Below, piece after piece: positions 36,550-46,142 of a stretch of DNA of 64,000 bases. The notes below the pieces were generated by a model. That model searched no databases, was not told where the DNA came from, and worked only from the letters and a program-made list of their open reading frames with translations. Where the stretch lies: positions 18,151 through 82,150 of the forward strand of contig CAMTXC010000010.1 of the NCBI GenBank assembly GCA_947085635.1. Reading direction: 5' to 3'. Position numbers and translations under genes: made by a program. The DNA comes from an uncultured Actinomycetes bacterium (GTDB lineage: Bacteria > Actinomycetota > Thermoleophilia > RBG-16-64-13). Each line of letters starts with the position of its first letter. Positions within the stretch are counted from its first letter, which is position 1.

Positions 36550-38130
36550 ATGTTCGACCTGCTCATCGTCAACGGAAGGGTGATCACCGGCCGGGGGAAT
36601 CCCTGGTTCGAAGCCGATGTGGCCGTGGTCGGAGACACGATTGCGCGAATCGGCCGCCTCGGCGACACCGAGGCCAAGACCCGCATCGACGCTGGGGGGC
36701 GGTTCGTGGCCCCCGGCTTCATCGACGCCCACAGCCACTCCGACCTCTTTCTGATCAAGGAGCCAACGGCCGAGGCCAAGGTCATGCAGGGGGTCACCAC
36801 GGAGAACGTGGGCATGGACGGCATGTCGGTCGCTCCCATCAAGGCTGAGGACGTTCGGGACTGGAGGACCCATCTCTCGGGCCTGGCGGGAGACCCTCCC
36901 ATCGAATGGACGTGGCGGAGCTTCGCCGACTACCTCGATGTACTCGACGGCCTGCCCACCTCTGACAACGTCACCTCCTACGCGGGCCTGGGGACCATCA
37001 GACTCATGGTCATGGGCACGACGTCCCGTGCAGCCTCCTCGGAGGAGATCAGGAGCATGCAGGTCCTGGCCGCTACGGCCATGGAGGAGGGCGCCCGCGG
37101 GATCTCCTCGGGCTTGATCTACCCCCCGAGCCAGTACCAAGGCGTCAACGAGGTCGCCGAGGTCGCCCGGGCCGTAACCCCCTACGACGGCATCTACAAC
37201 GTGCACATCCGCAGCGAGGGCGACGGGCTGCTTCAGTCGGTGGAGGAGGTCATCGAGATCGGACGTCGTTCGGGCATCCCGGTGGTCATCACGCACTTCA
37301 AGGCCATGGGAAAGCGCAATTGGGGGCTCTCCGAGAACGCGCTGTCTCTTGTCGACACGGCCCGGGCCGAGGGCATCGACGTGACCATCGAGCAGTACCC
37401 CTACACGGCCGCCAGCACCATGTTCCACGCGGTGATCCCACCCTGGTATCACGCCCAGGGCCCCAAGGAGCTGGTGAAGGCCCTGAAGACCGATAGAGAG
37501 CCGATCAAGAAAGACATCGCGGAGCGCATCGACTGGGAGAACTGGGCTTCGAACAACGGATGGGACAACATCGTCATCTCCTCGGTGGAGTCGGAGGCCA
37601 ACAAGGCCTTCGAAGGGAAGAGCGTGGCGGAGATCGCGCGGGCCCGCGGTCTCTCCGACCCGGCCGACGCGGCTCTCGAACTTCTGGCCGAGGAGAACCT
37701 GGCGGTGGGCATGGTCGTCTTCTGCATGGACGAGGGCGACATCCGGCGCATCATGCGACACCCCACGGTGAACTTCATCACCGACGGTCTGCTCGGCGGC
37801 AAGCCCCACCCTCGGGTCTACGGGACCTTCCCCCGGGTGCTGGGGCGATACGTGCGCGACGAGGGCGTCCTCGGGCTGGAGCAGGCCGTGCGTAAGATGA
37901 CATCACTTCCCGCCGAGAAGCTGCGTTTGCGGAAGAAGGGGGTGCTCGCCGCCGGGTACGACGCCGATATCACCGTCTTCGATGCCGGGACCGTCCGCGA
38001 CCGAGCGACCTTCGACGAACCGAGGCAGTACCCCGTGGGCGTGGACTGGGTGATCGTGAACGGTCAGGTGGTTGTGGACCAAGGGCGGCACACCGGCGCA
38101 CGGCCGGGCAAGACTATACGCACCCGATAG
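36550..38130 (+). CDS. D-aminoacylase family amidohydrolase (N-acyl-D-amino-acid deacylase-like, Amidohydro_3)
   Basis: MFDLLIVNGRVITGRG...FIDAHSHSD...; 526 aa; GGAGG SD. The 432-aa antisense ORF 36511..37809 is rejected. Confidence 0.8.
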   Translation: MFDLLIVNGRVITGRGNPWFEADVAVVGDTIARIGRLGDTEAKTRIDAGGRFVAPGFIDAHSHSDLFLIKEPTAEAKVMQGVTTENVGMDGMSVAPIKAEDVRDWRTHLSGLAGDPPIEWTWRSFADYLDVLDGLPTSDNVTSYAGLGTIRLMVMGTTSRAASSEEIRSMQVLAATAMEEGARGISSGLIYPPSQYQGVNEVAEVARAVTPYDGIYNVHIRSEGDGLLQSVEEVIEIGRRSGIPVVITHFKAMGKRNWGLSENALSLVDTARAEGIDVTIEQYPYTAASTMFHAVIPPWYHAQGPKELVKALKTDREPIKKDIAERIDWENWASNNGWDNIVISSVESEANKAFEGKSVAEIARARGLSDPADAALELLAEENLAVGMVVFCMDEGDIRRIMRHPTVNFITDGLLGGKPHPRVYGTFPRVLGRYVRDEGVLGLEQAVRKMTSLPAEKLRLRKKGVLAAGYDADITVFDAGTVRDRATFDEPRQYPVGVDWVIVNGQVVVDQGRHTGARPGKTIRTR

Positions 38131-38162
38131 ACTCGACGAGGCAGATTGAGGAGGAATTCGTC

Positions 38163-40097
38163 ATGAGTGAAGCAACGATCCTGGGCACGCCGATCAAGAT
38201 CGGGACCCGGACCGCCAAGAACCGCATCGGGCTCTCACCGATGTGCGTGAATCTGGGTGATTCCCTAGGTCATGTGACCCAGCGGACCATCGACTACTAC
38301 GAGGCCAGAGCGAGAGGCGGCGCGGGCGTGGTCATCGTGGAGAACGCCCACGTCGACGGGAAGGCGAGCCGCGGCATGTCTGCCATGCTCGCGGCCCACT
38401 CCGACGGCATGCTTCCCGGGCTCAACGGCCTGGCGGAGGCGATCACACGACACGGCGCGCTGGCCATCCTGCAGATCAACCACATGGGCCGCCAGGGCGA
38501 CCCGTCACTCATCGACGGCGCGCTGGTCGCCCCCTCCGCCGAGGCCGACCCGGTAGTTGGGTCCGTTCCGCGGGCGCTGGAGGCCGATGACCTCGAGTCG
38601 ATCAAGAAGGCCTTCTGCGACACCGCGGCCCGGGCCGTGGCCGCCGGGTTCGATGGGGTCGAGGTGCACATGGCCCATGGGTACCTGCTCTCGGAGTTCC
38701 TCTCGCCAAGCGCCAACCACCGCACCGACGAGTACGGCGGCTCCCTGGAGAACCGCATGCGCTATCCACTCGAGGTCCTGGAGGCCGTGCGGACCCGTCT
38801 TGGGACCGACGCGATCGTCGGTGTGCGACTGAACGGGGACGACTACCTGGGCGAAGCCGGTCTCACGGTCGAGCAGGCTGCCGTCGTGGCCGCGCGGGTC
38901 GAGCAGTCGGGCGCCGACTACGTGAACGTAAGCGCGGCGGTCTACGCGTCGGTACCCTGGATGGTGCCGTCCCTGTATGCCCCCCCGGCGACCAACATCC
39001 ATCTAGCCGAGCGCATCAGAGGCTCGGTGGGCGTACCGGTCCTGGCGGCCGGCTCCGTTCTCGACAAAGGTCTGGCAGAGGACATCTTGACCACCGGCAA
39101 GGCCGATGTCGTTCTCCTGGGGAGAGGATTGATCGCCGATCCCGATCTGCCCGCGAAGTGGCTCCGTGACAACACCGACCAGGTGAGACGCTGCATCCGC
39201 TGCAACGACGGCTGCATCCAGAGGCTGCTCGACAAGGTCAGGGTGACCTGCGCCATCAACCCCCTTGCCGGTCACGAGAGAGAATGGGCCCTCCGGCCGG
39301 TCGCCCAGGCAGACGCGCGTCGTCTCCTCATCGCGGGCGGCGGTCCGGCCGGCCTGGAGGCCGCCCGCGTCGCCGCCCTTCGGGGTCATAGGGTCACCCT
39401 CTGCGAGAGCGAGCCGGAGCTGGGCGGCCAGGTGAGATTCGGCTGCCTACCCTCCTTCAAGGCCGACCTGCGCGGTTTGATCCCCTACTATCGGCGGCAG
39501 CTCGCGGATCTCGACGTCGACATCCGTACGGGCACCGAGGTGACAGTCGCCCTCGTCGGGGAGCTGACACCCGACCTGGTGATCGTCGCCGTCGGAGCGG
39601 AGCCGAGCATACCCGTTGTGCCGGGGGTGGAGCGGGCGGTGCTGGGACGGGACATCCATGCCAATCCCGGCATCGCCGGGCGGTCCGTCGTCGTGGTGGG
39701 CGGAGGGTTGGTGGGCTGCGAGGTGGCCCTCGAGCTCGCCGAGACCGATCGCCGCGTAACCGTGGTGGAAGCACTGCCCGAAGTGCTCCCGGGGATGAAC
39801 CTCATCAACCGGCTCACCCTTCTCGCGCGGCTGGCCGAGCACGGTGTCCGGCTGGCAACCGGATCGACCTTGACGGCCGTGACTGATCGTTCGGTGCTCA
39901 TCTCCGGAGCCGACGCGCGCGCGGAGGAACTCGAGGCCGAGACCGTGGTCATCGCCACGGGCCTGCTGCCGCGGCGCCGACTCGCGGGCGACCTGGCCGC
40001 GCAAGGGGTGTCCTACCTGGCCATCGGCGACTGCATAACCCCTCGGAACATCATGCAGGCGATCCACGCGGGATTCCACGCTGCACGGGAACTGTAG
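38163..40097 (+). CDS. Old Yellow Enzyme-FAD/NAD(P) two-domain oxidoreductase with [4Fe-4S] (2,4-dienoyl-CoA reductase/trimethylamine dehydrogenase family)
   Basis: 644 aa; OYE TIM-barrel (..HMAHGYLLSEFLSP..), CIRCNDGC Fe-S motif, then GGGPAGLEAA and VVVVGGGLVGCEVA dinucleotide-binding motifs. Confidence 0.8.
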   Translation: MSEATILGTPIKIGTRTAKNRIGLSPMCVNLGDSLGHVTQRTIDYYEARARGGAGVVIVENAHVDGKASRGMSAMLAAHSDGMLPGLNGLAEAITRHGALAILQINHMGRQGDPSLIDGALVAPSAEADPVVGSVPRALEADDLESIKKAFCDTAARAVAAGFDGVEVHMAHGYLLSEFLSPSANHRTDEYGGSLENRMRYPLEVLEAVRTRLGTDAIVGVRLNGDDYLGEAGLTVEQAAVVAARVEQSGADYVNVSAAVYASVPWMVPSLYAPPATNIHLAERIRGSVGVPVLAAGSVLDKGLAEDILTTGKADVVLLGRGLIADPDLPAKWLRDNTDQVRRCIRCNDGCIQRLLDKVRVTCAINPLAGHEREWALRPVAQADARRLLIAGGGPAGLEAARVAALRGHRVTLCESEPELGGQVRFGCLPSFKADLRGLIPYYRRQLADLDVDIRTGTEVTVALVGELTPDLVIVAVGAEPSIPVVPGVERAVLGRDIHANPGIAGRSVVVVGGGLVGCEVALELAETDRRVTVVEALPEVLPGMNLINRLTLLARLAEHGVRLATGSTLTAVTDRSVLISGADARAEELEAETVVIATGLLPRRRLAGDLAAQGVSYLAIGDCITPRNIMQAIHAGFHAAREL

Positions 40098-40153
40098 AAC
40101 GCGGTCGCGAGGTCCGCTCCGTCCGTCACGAGAAAGCAAGGGAGGCCGAGTCG

Positions 40154-40462
40154 ATGAGCGCTGAGGATCAAATCAAGGCGTTGCCCGCCGTCCAGATCGA
40201 CAACGATCGAGTGCGGGTTACCCAATGGAGCTTCGCGCCGGACGCACATACCGGCCGGCACGTTCACGAGTTCGCCTACGTCGTCGTCCCGCTCACCGAC
40301 GGTACCCTCGAGCTCACGACCCGCGACGGGCGGTCCACCGGAGAGTTGCGGGCCGGAGGATCCTACTACCGGCCCGAGGGGGTGGAGCACGACGTCGCGA
40401 ACGCGGGGCCGGGCGGCGTAGTCTTCGTGGAGATCGAGATGAAGGCCTATCCACGGGCCTGA
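40154..40462 (+). CDS. cupin domain protein
   Basis: 102 aa; HVHEFAYVVVPLTDG...YYRPEGVEHDV cupin His/Glu motifs; GGAGG SD. Confidence 0.6.
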   Translation: MSAEDQIKALPAVQIDNDRVRVTQWSFAPDAHTGRHVHEFAYVVVPLTDGTLELTTRDGRSTGELRAGGSYYRPEGVEHDVANAGPGGVVFVEIEMKAYPRA

Positions 40463-40505
40463 GCCGCTCCCATGTGGCTCAGACCGGAGAGGCGCGGCCG
40501 GCAGC

Positions 40506-41261
40506 CTACCAGGCCGCCCAGCCTCCGTCGACGAGAAGGTTGACACCATGAACCGACCCGGCATCGTCGGAAGCGAGGAACACGGCCGCTCCGGTCATCT
40601 CCTCCGGATCGAGATGGCCGACGCCGTTGGGGGTCAACGCGGCGTTGTGCTCATCGTAACCTTCGATCGCTCTGAGCGCGGCGTTCATGTCGGTTCTCAC
40701 GTTCCCGGGCGCGAGCGCGTTCACGTTGATGCCGTACTTGGCCAGCTCCAAGCACAGAGCTTTGGTCATGGTCACCAACCCGCCTTTCGACGCGCAGTAG
40801 GCGCTCGAATCGGGAAAACCGCCCACCCCGGCGATGGAGGTCACGTTGATGACCTTGCCGCGCCCTCGCCCCTTCATGTGCGGCACGAGGGCCCGCGTCA
40901 AGAAGAAGGCTCCCTTCAGGTTCAGGTCGATCTGCGCGTCCCAGATCTCTTCAGTCGTCCGCTCCACCGACATGGGCTCGAAGACCCCCGCATTGTTGAC
41001 GAGGATGTCGACCACACCGAAAGCCTCGAGCACCTCCGCCGCCAGCCGCTCGCACTCGGCCACGCGGCGCAGGTCGGCAAGGAACACGTGCGCCGCGCCG
41101 CCGGACACCCTGATCTCAGCCGCCACCGCCTCGGCCTCGTCACTTCGGCAATGAGCGATGACAGCGACCCGCGCCCCTTCCCGAGCGAAACGTCGGGTTA
41201 TGGCGGCTCCGATGCCCCGAGATCCTCCGGTCACGATCGCGGTCTTGCCTTCGAGTCTCAC
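40506..41261 (-). CDS. SDR family oxidoreductase
   Basis: Start moved to GTG 41261 (GGAGGG SD): VRLEGKTAIVTGGSRGIGAA...; NNAG, YCASKGG catalytic motif. Confidence 0.8.
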   Translation of the reverse strand: MRLEGKTAIVTGGSRGIGAAITRRFAREGARVAVIAHCRSDEAEAVAAEIRVSGGAAHVFLADLRRVAECERLAAEVLEAFGVVDILVNNAGVFEPMSVERTTEEIWDAQIDLNLKGAFFLTRALVPHMKGRGRGKVINVTSIAGVGGFPDSSAYCASKGGLVTMTKALCLELAKYGINVNALAPGNVRTDMNAALRAIEGYDEHNAALTPNGVGHLDPEEMTGAAVFLASDDAGSVHGVNLLVDGGWAAW

Positions 41262-41320
41262 AGATTCCCTCCATTCGATCCACGAGCTTGAGAACCTACC
41301 ACACGTCACAGGGAGACACT

Positions 41321-41932
41321 ATGGACGTACGGGAGACAATCGAGAAACGGCGCAGCATCCGCAGGTATGACTCCGACAGGGCGGTGAGCGACGAGACCAT
41401 CGCGACAATACTCGAGGCCGCCCGTCTCAGCCCTTCGTGGAAGAACGGCCAGCCATGGCGATTCATCGTGGTGCGCTCCCCTGACCTTCTCGACAGTATC
41501 GCGGACAACCTCGTGGAAGGGAACTCGGCGACCCGAGCGGTGCGGACCTGCTCGGCGCTCATCGTTCTGATCGGCGTACCGTCCGAAGGAGCCGTGCACG
41601 AGGGCAAAGCTTTCTGGCTGGTTGACTGCGGCATCGCCGGAGAACACATCCATCTTCAGGCCCACGAGCTGGGGATAGGCACCGTATGGGTGTCGTGGGT
41701 CTCGGGGGCTGGAGTGCGCTCGCTCCTCGGTGTGCCCGACGACATGGACATCGTCGGGCTCTTCCCCCTGGGCTACCCCGAACGGGGACACGAACCCAAG
41801 CCCCGTGGCCGCAAACCGCTCACCGAGATCGCAAGCTACGAGCGTATGGGTGTCCCATTCGAGCCCGGCCGGGAACGAAGGCCTATCATCCATGCCGGGA
41901 CTCCCTGGCTCCGAGGGGCCGCGGGTCGATGA
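41321..41932 (+). CDS. nitroreductase family protein
   Basis: Start ATG 41321 (GGGAG SD): MDVRETIEKRRSIRRYDSDRAVSDETIATILEAARLSPSWKNGQPWRFIVV... Confidence 0.75.
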   Translation: MDVRETIEKRRSIRRYDSDRAVSDETIATILEAARLSPSWKNGQPWRFIVVRSPDLLDSIADNLVEGNSATRAVRTCSALIVLIGVPSEGAVHEGKAFWLVDCGIAGEHIHLQAHELGIGTVWVSWVSGAGVRSLLGVPDDMDIVGLFPLGYPERGHEPKPRGRKPLTEIASYERMGVPFEPGRERRPIIHAGTPWLRGAAGR

Positions 41933-42159
41933 CCGTACCGCGCGCGGTTTCTCCGACGGGCAGCCGGTTTGCCTTGGGCCCACGGTCTCCACCCATACCG
42001 GTCGTGCAAGACGCCAACATCCGCCCCTAGGGGGACTGTTGCCACACGCACAGTGCCCGGTTTCCGGGGTAGGATGGTCGGGTACAGGCGGACATCGCGA
42101 TGCACGCACTGATGTGCGGTCTGTCGCGAACAAAGCACCACAAAGTGGAAGGAGCAAGG

Positions 42160-43035
42160 ATGAGCAAGGAGATCCTGGTGTCGTATGGGATCGACGTCGA
42201 CGCTGTGGCGGGCTGGCTCGGCTCGTATGGCGGTCAAGATTCGCCCAACGACATAAGCAGAGGGGTTTTCGCCGGCAAGGTGGGCAGCCTCCGGTTGCTC
42301 GATCTCTTCAAGAAATACGATCTGAAGACCACGTGGTTCATTCCCGGTCACTCCCTCGAGACCTTCCCCAACGAGATGCAGAAGGTCATGGATGCCGGCC
42401 ACGAGATCGGCCTGCACGGCTACTCGCACGAGAACCCGATCGCTCTGAGTCGCGAGCAGGAGCATCACATCCTGCGCTACACCCTCGAGCAGACGGAGAA
42501 GATGTGGGGCAAGAGGCCCCGGGGCTACGTCGCACCGTGGTGGGAAGTTGGCCCGCAGACGGTCGAGTTGCTGCTGGAGGCGGGCATCGAGTACGACCAC
42601 TCCATGATGCACGACGACTACCACCCCTACTACTTGCCCGAGTGGGAGCGGTGGACGTCGATCGACTATGAGAAGCCGGCATCGGAGTGGATGAAGCCGC
42701 TTGAGCAGGGTCCACCCTCCAAACTCATAGAAATCCCAGCCTCCTGGTACCTTGACGACCTACCCCCAATGATGTTCATCAAGGCTTCGCCCAACAGCCA
42801 CGGCTTTGTGAACCCACGGGACATCGAGCAACTGTGGCGGGACCAGTTCGACTGGGTCTACCGCGAGTTTGACTACGCGGTGTTCCCCATGACGATCCAC
42901 CCGGACGTGAGCGGCAAGCCGCAGGTGCTCATGATGCACGAACGACTGATCGGGCACATCCTCCGCCATCCCGGGGCGCGGTTCGTGACGATGTCGGAGA
43001 TCGCGGACGACTTCAAGAAGCGCTCCGGCTCTTAG
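42160..43035 (+). CDS. polysaccharide deacetylase-family hydrolase (PuuE allantoinase-like)
   Basis: Start ATG 42160 (GGAAGGAG SD); 291 aa; NodB-type TFDD-less but [11 protein letters not shown] and DxxDxPP motifs resembling PuuE group. Confidence 0.65.
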   Translation: MSKEILVSYGIDVDAVAGWLGSYGGQDSPNDISRGVFAGKVGSLRLLDLFKKYDLKTTWFIPGHSLETFPNEMQKVMDAGHEIGLHGYSHENPIALSREQEHHILRYTLEQTEKMWGKRPRGYVAPWWEVGPQTVELLLEAGIEYDHSMMHDDYHPYYLPEWERWTSIDYEKPASEWMKPLEQGPPSKLIEIPASWYLDDLPPMMFIKASPNSHGFVNPRDIEQLWRDQFDWVYREFDYAVFPMTIHPDVSGKPQVLMMHERLIGHILRHPGARFVTMSEIADDFKKRSGS

Positions 43036-43062
43036 GAAACCAGGCCGCTCGTCGTCTTCGTG

Positions 43063-43120
43063 GGCGGTCTGCCTTCTCAGCCAACCTTGGGTTGGCAAGG
43101 GAAGGCAGACCGCCTCTTTG
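43063..43120 (+). terminator. strong intrinsic terminator downstream of PuuE-like gene
   Basis: Perfect 14-bp stem GGCGGTCTGCCTTC / GAAGGCAGACCGCC with nested CCAACC-TTG-GGTTGG loop, followed by TCTTTG. Confidence 0.6.
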
Positions 43121-43148
43121 CCGCCGGATGGGAACGGCGGCCCACGGA

Positions 43149-43739
43149 TCAGACCTCGAACGCCAGCTCCCGCTCTATGCGTTCGAGGAAAGCGCGCATG
43201 TAGTCGATACGGGACTGCCCTATCGGCAAAACCCCCGCCGTGTGAAACGTGCTCTCGACCTTGCCGAGAAGGGCCCGAAGGTAGTCGGGGAAGGAGTCGA
43301 CGCTGCCGTCGAATGAGCCGTCGGTATTGCCGCGCACGATCGCGCGCACTATGCCGATCGCGCCGATGTACTCCAGAGCGTCGGCGTCTTGACCTACCTT
43401 GGCCTCCAGCGACTCAGGCTCCGGCCCACCATAGCGGCTGTGGGATTCGAGCACATGCACGACGGCTTCTCGTTTGGCTTCCGGAAAGCCGGCCTGCTCC
43501 ATGATCGCCCGGGCCCTCTCCCGGCCCACTAGGTAGTGAGTCTTCCGCTCGATCACAACGCCCACGTCGTGGAGCAGTGCCCCGGCAAGCAGTGTTTCCA
43601 TGTCCGCTCCGACTTGCGAACCGAGCCGACTGCACCACTCGGTCATACGGAGCACGTGGTCCGAACTGGCCACCGGCTCTCCGCGAAGGTCATCCTGTAC
43701 CTGCGCCCACACCTCTGACTGTTCCCGCGTCAATTCCAC
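43149..43739 (-). CDS. HD-domain metal-dependent phosphohydrolase
   Basis: GTG 43739 start (GGAGG 10 nt upstream) gives VELTREQSEVWAQV...LLAGALLHDVG (HD motif)...; avoids overlap with upstream SDR gene. Track ATG 43790 is possible but gives an odd MSCCRQP leader. Confidence 0.55.
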   Translation of the reverse strand: MELTREQSEVWAQVQDDLRGEPVASSDHVLRMTEWCSRLGSQVGADMETLLAGALLHDVGVVIERKTHYLVGRERARAIMEQAGFPEAKREAVVHVLESHSRYGGPEPESLEAKVGQDADALEYIGAIGIVRAIVRGNTDGSFDGSVDSFPDYLRALLGKVESTFHTAGVLPIGQSRIDYMRAFLERIERELAFEV

Positions 43740-43776
43740 GTTTCCCGTTCCTCCATAGCGGCTGTCAGCCGGTTGT

Positions 43777-44535
43777 CTACAGCATGACATCGCCGGAGTT
43801 GGGCCCCAGGGTCTGTCCCGTGAAGATGCTCCCGTCGGGGTCCGCCGCCAGCAACAGCGCCGCCGGGGCCACCTCCTCCACCCGTCCGAATCGTGGGATG
43901 GGTAGCTCCTTGCGCTTCATTTCCTTCCACGACTCGCTGATGCCCGCGACCATGTCGGTATCGATGGGGCCTGGGGCCAGGCAGTTGGCCGTGATTCCGT
44001 ACTCGCCCACCTCACGCGCCAGAGCCCGTGTGAAACCGATGACGCCTGCCTTGGCGGCGCAGTAGTGACCGAGCTCCGGCGCCCCCTTCTGGCCAAGCTG
44101 CGACGCCACGTTGATGATGCGCCCGTAACGACGCTCTATCATCGAAGGGAGCGCGAACCGCGTGCACAGGAACACGCTGCGCAGGTCGGAGGCGATCATT
44201 GCATCCCAAGTCTCCACACTCATGTCTTGCACCAGCGCCTGAGTGAGCACACCCGCGTTGTTCACGAGGATATCTATCCTCCCAAACTCGGCCAGCGCCT
44301 TGTCCACCAGATTCCTTGCCGGATCGACCTCGCTGACGTCGGCCTGCACCACCAGTGCCCGACTGCCGTAGCCCCGGCACTGCTCGGCCAGCGACTCGGC
44401 TGCGTCCCGCGACCGCAGGTAGTTCACGCACACGTCGGCCCCGTTCTCGGAAAAGAGCCGAGCTATCTCTCGGCCGATGCCCCTGCTGGCTCCCGTGATG
44501 AGCGCAACCTTGCCCTCGAGCTTCTTGCCCGCCAC
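43777..44535 (-). CDS. SDR family oxidoreductase (FabG-like)
   Basis: GTG start; KVALITGASRGIGREIA, NNAG, YCAAKAG. Confidence 0.8.
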   Translation of the reverse strand: MAGKKLEGKVALITGASRGIGREIARLFSENGADVCVNYLRSRDAAESLAEQCRGYGSRALVVQADVSEVDPARNLVDKALAEFGRIDILVNNAGVLTQALVQDMSVETWDAMIASDLRSVFLCTRFALPSMIERRYGRIINVASQLGQKGAPELGHYCAAKAGVIGFTRALAREVGEYGITANCLAPGPIDTDMVAGISESWKEMKRKELPIPRFGRVEEVAPAALLLAADPDGSIFTGQTLGPNSGDVML

Positions 44536-44565
44536 TGCTACCCCCTTGTCGCTATCATGTCCCGG

Positions 44566-45405
44566 TCAAGATCCGCCGGCACTCGCCGGCGTGGTCCACA
44601 CAGGCCCGTAGAGATCGGGCCGGCGGTCCTGGACGACATCGAACTCGTAGTCCTCGGGAATGACCACCACGTGCTTCTGGTCGGCCTCCCACGGCCAAAT
44701 ATCGGCCACCAGCAACTCCTCACCCGTTGGACCGGCCTCGGCCAGCACCGCGCCGCTCGGATCGATGATCTGGCTCCGGCCGATGAAGGTGAACCCGCGT
44801 TCGGTGCCGACGCGATTTGCGTTAACCAGGTACACCCGATTCTCGCACGCGCGCGCTCTATTGAAGAAGGTGGCGTGCGCCTCGGCGCCCCGGGGTAGGT
44901 TCGCCGGGTTCAGGATCACTCGGGCCCCCTGCAGGGCTAGGGTGCGGGCGGCCTCGGGGAAGCGCTGATCGTAGCAGATCAGCAGGCCACACGTGCCCCA
45001 CGAGGTGGGGAAGACCGGAAGCACGTCGCCTGGCGAGAGCAGCCGATCGACTCCCAGGTGGATCAGATGCGACTTCCGGTAGCGACCCACCACGCCGCCG
45101 CCGTCCATGAGCACAGCGGTGTTGTAGAAGGCGCCGCCGTCGCGCTCAAGTAACCCTACCACAGCCGTAAGGCCCAGCTCGAGACAGAGCGCGACAACTC
45201 GGGTGGTGCTCTCACCGGGCACTTCCTCCGCCAATGCCGCAACCTCAGTCTGGTCGGTAATCACGTACCCGGTGAGGGTGCACTCAGGAAACACGACCAG
45301 TTCCACGCCTTGTCCGGCCGCCTCGCGGAGCAACCTCTCGACAGTATCGAAATTCCGCTGCCTGCGGGCCACTTCGATGTCCATCTGCGCCGCCGCTACG
45401 CGCAC
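44566..45405 (-). CDS. carbon-nitrogen hydrolase (nitrilase superfamily; carbamoylase/beta-ureidopropionase-like candidate)
   Basis: Track ORF has junk N-terminus. Real start GTG 45405 sharing 1 nt with sdhB stop (TAGTG): VRVAAAQMDIEVARRQRNFD...ELVVFPECTLTGY (catalytic Glu), ...CYDQRFPE (Cys). Confidence 0.7.
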   Translation of the reverse strand: MRVAAAQMDIEVARRQRNFDTVERLLREAAGQGVELVVFPECTLTGYVITDQTEVAALAEEVPGESTTRVVALCLELGLTAVVGLLERDGGAFYNTAVLMDGGGVVGRYRKSHLIHLGVDRLLSPGDVLPVFPTSWGTCGLLICYDQRFPEAARTLALQGARVILNPANLPRGAEAHATFFNRARACENRVYLVNANRVGTERGFTFIGRSQIIDPSGAVLAEAGPTGEELLVADIWPWEADQKHVVVIPEDYEFDVVQDRRPDLYGPVWTTPASAGGS

Positions 45406-46142
45406 TACTTGAGTCGCCCCAGCAACCGCCGCCGCACGGCGGCGCCCTTCAGCCACTGGATGGCCTCGGTGGGGTTCAGTTCCTTCGGGCAGGCTTCCAC
45501 GCAGTTCGTGATGGTGTGGCATCGGTACGAGCCGCGCTCGTTGTCGAAGCGAGGCAGTCGTTCCTTGCGGGCCTCGTCGCGCGAGTCCACCTCGAAGCGG
45601 TAGGCCTTGAGCAGCGCCGCCGGGCCGAGGTAGTTGCCCTCGCCCCACACCGACGGGCACGAGCTGTAGCAGCTGCCGCAAAGGATGCAGTCGATGGGCA
45701 TGTCCAGCTTCTTGCGGTCCGCCGGCAACTGGGGGATCTCCTTCTCCGGGGTCTTCGAGTTGCGCATGAGGTACGGCTCGATGAGCTCGTACTTGGCGAA
45801 GAAGTCGGTCATGTCGCACACCAGGTCCTTCACCAACGGCATGTGGGGCATCGGTTCCACCGTGATGGGCCCGTCGTCCAGGTGGCGCACGTTGGTCTGA
45901 CAGGCGAGGCGATAGGTGCCGTTGATGTACATGGCGCACGACCCGCACACCGCCGCCCGGCAGCAGTACCGGAAGGAGAGGGAGCCCTCCAGATTCTCCT
46001 GGATGTAGAAGAGACCCTCGAGCACGGTGAGGCTCGACTCGTAGGGCACGGTGAACTCGTCGTAGCGACCGCCGCCCGCGCCGTTCTGGCCGGCGCCCAG
46101 CTCGGGGTCGTAGCGCTTGATGCGGAACTTCGCTTCAGGCAT
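45405..46142 (-). CDS. sdhB: succinate dehydrogenase/fumarate reductase iron-sulfur subunit
   Basis: ATG 46142 overlaps sdhA stop (TGATG). MPEAKFRIKRYDPE...; 2Fe-2S CRAAVCGSCAM, 4Fe-4S CILCGSCYSSCP, 3Fe-4S CHTITNCVEACP. Confidence 0.85.
   Translation of the reverse strand: MPEAKFRIKRYDPELGAGQNGAGGGRYDEFTVPYESSLTVLEGLFYIQENLEGSLSFRYCCRAAVCGSCAMYINGTYRLACQTNVRHLDDGPITVEPMPHMPLVKDLVCDMTDFFAKYELIEPYLMRNSKTPEKEIPQLPADRKKLDMPIDCILCGSCYSSCPSVWGEGNYLGPAALLKAYRFEVDSRDEARKERLPRFDNERGSYRCHTITNCVEACPKELNPTEAIQWLKGAAVRRRLLGRLK

Noticed and set aside
36511-37809. 432-aa minus-strand ORF opposite the D-aminoacylase gene
   Set aside because: The plus-strand frame has the Amidohydro_3 signature and an SD sequence. 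The minus ORF has no recognisable features.
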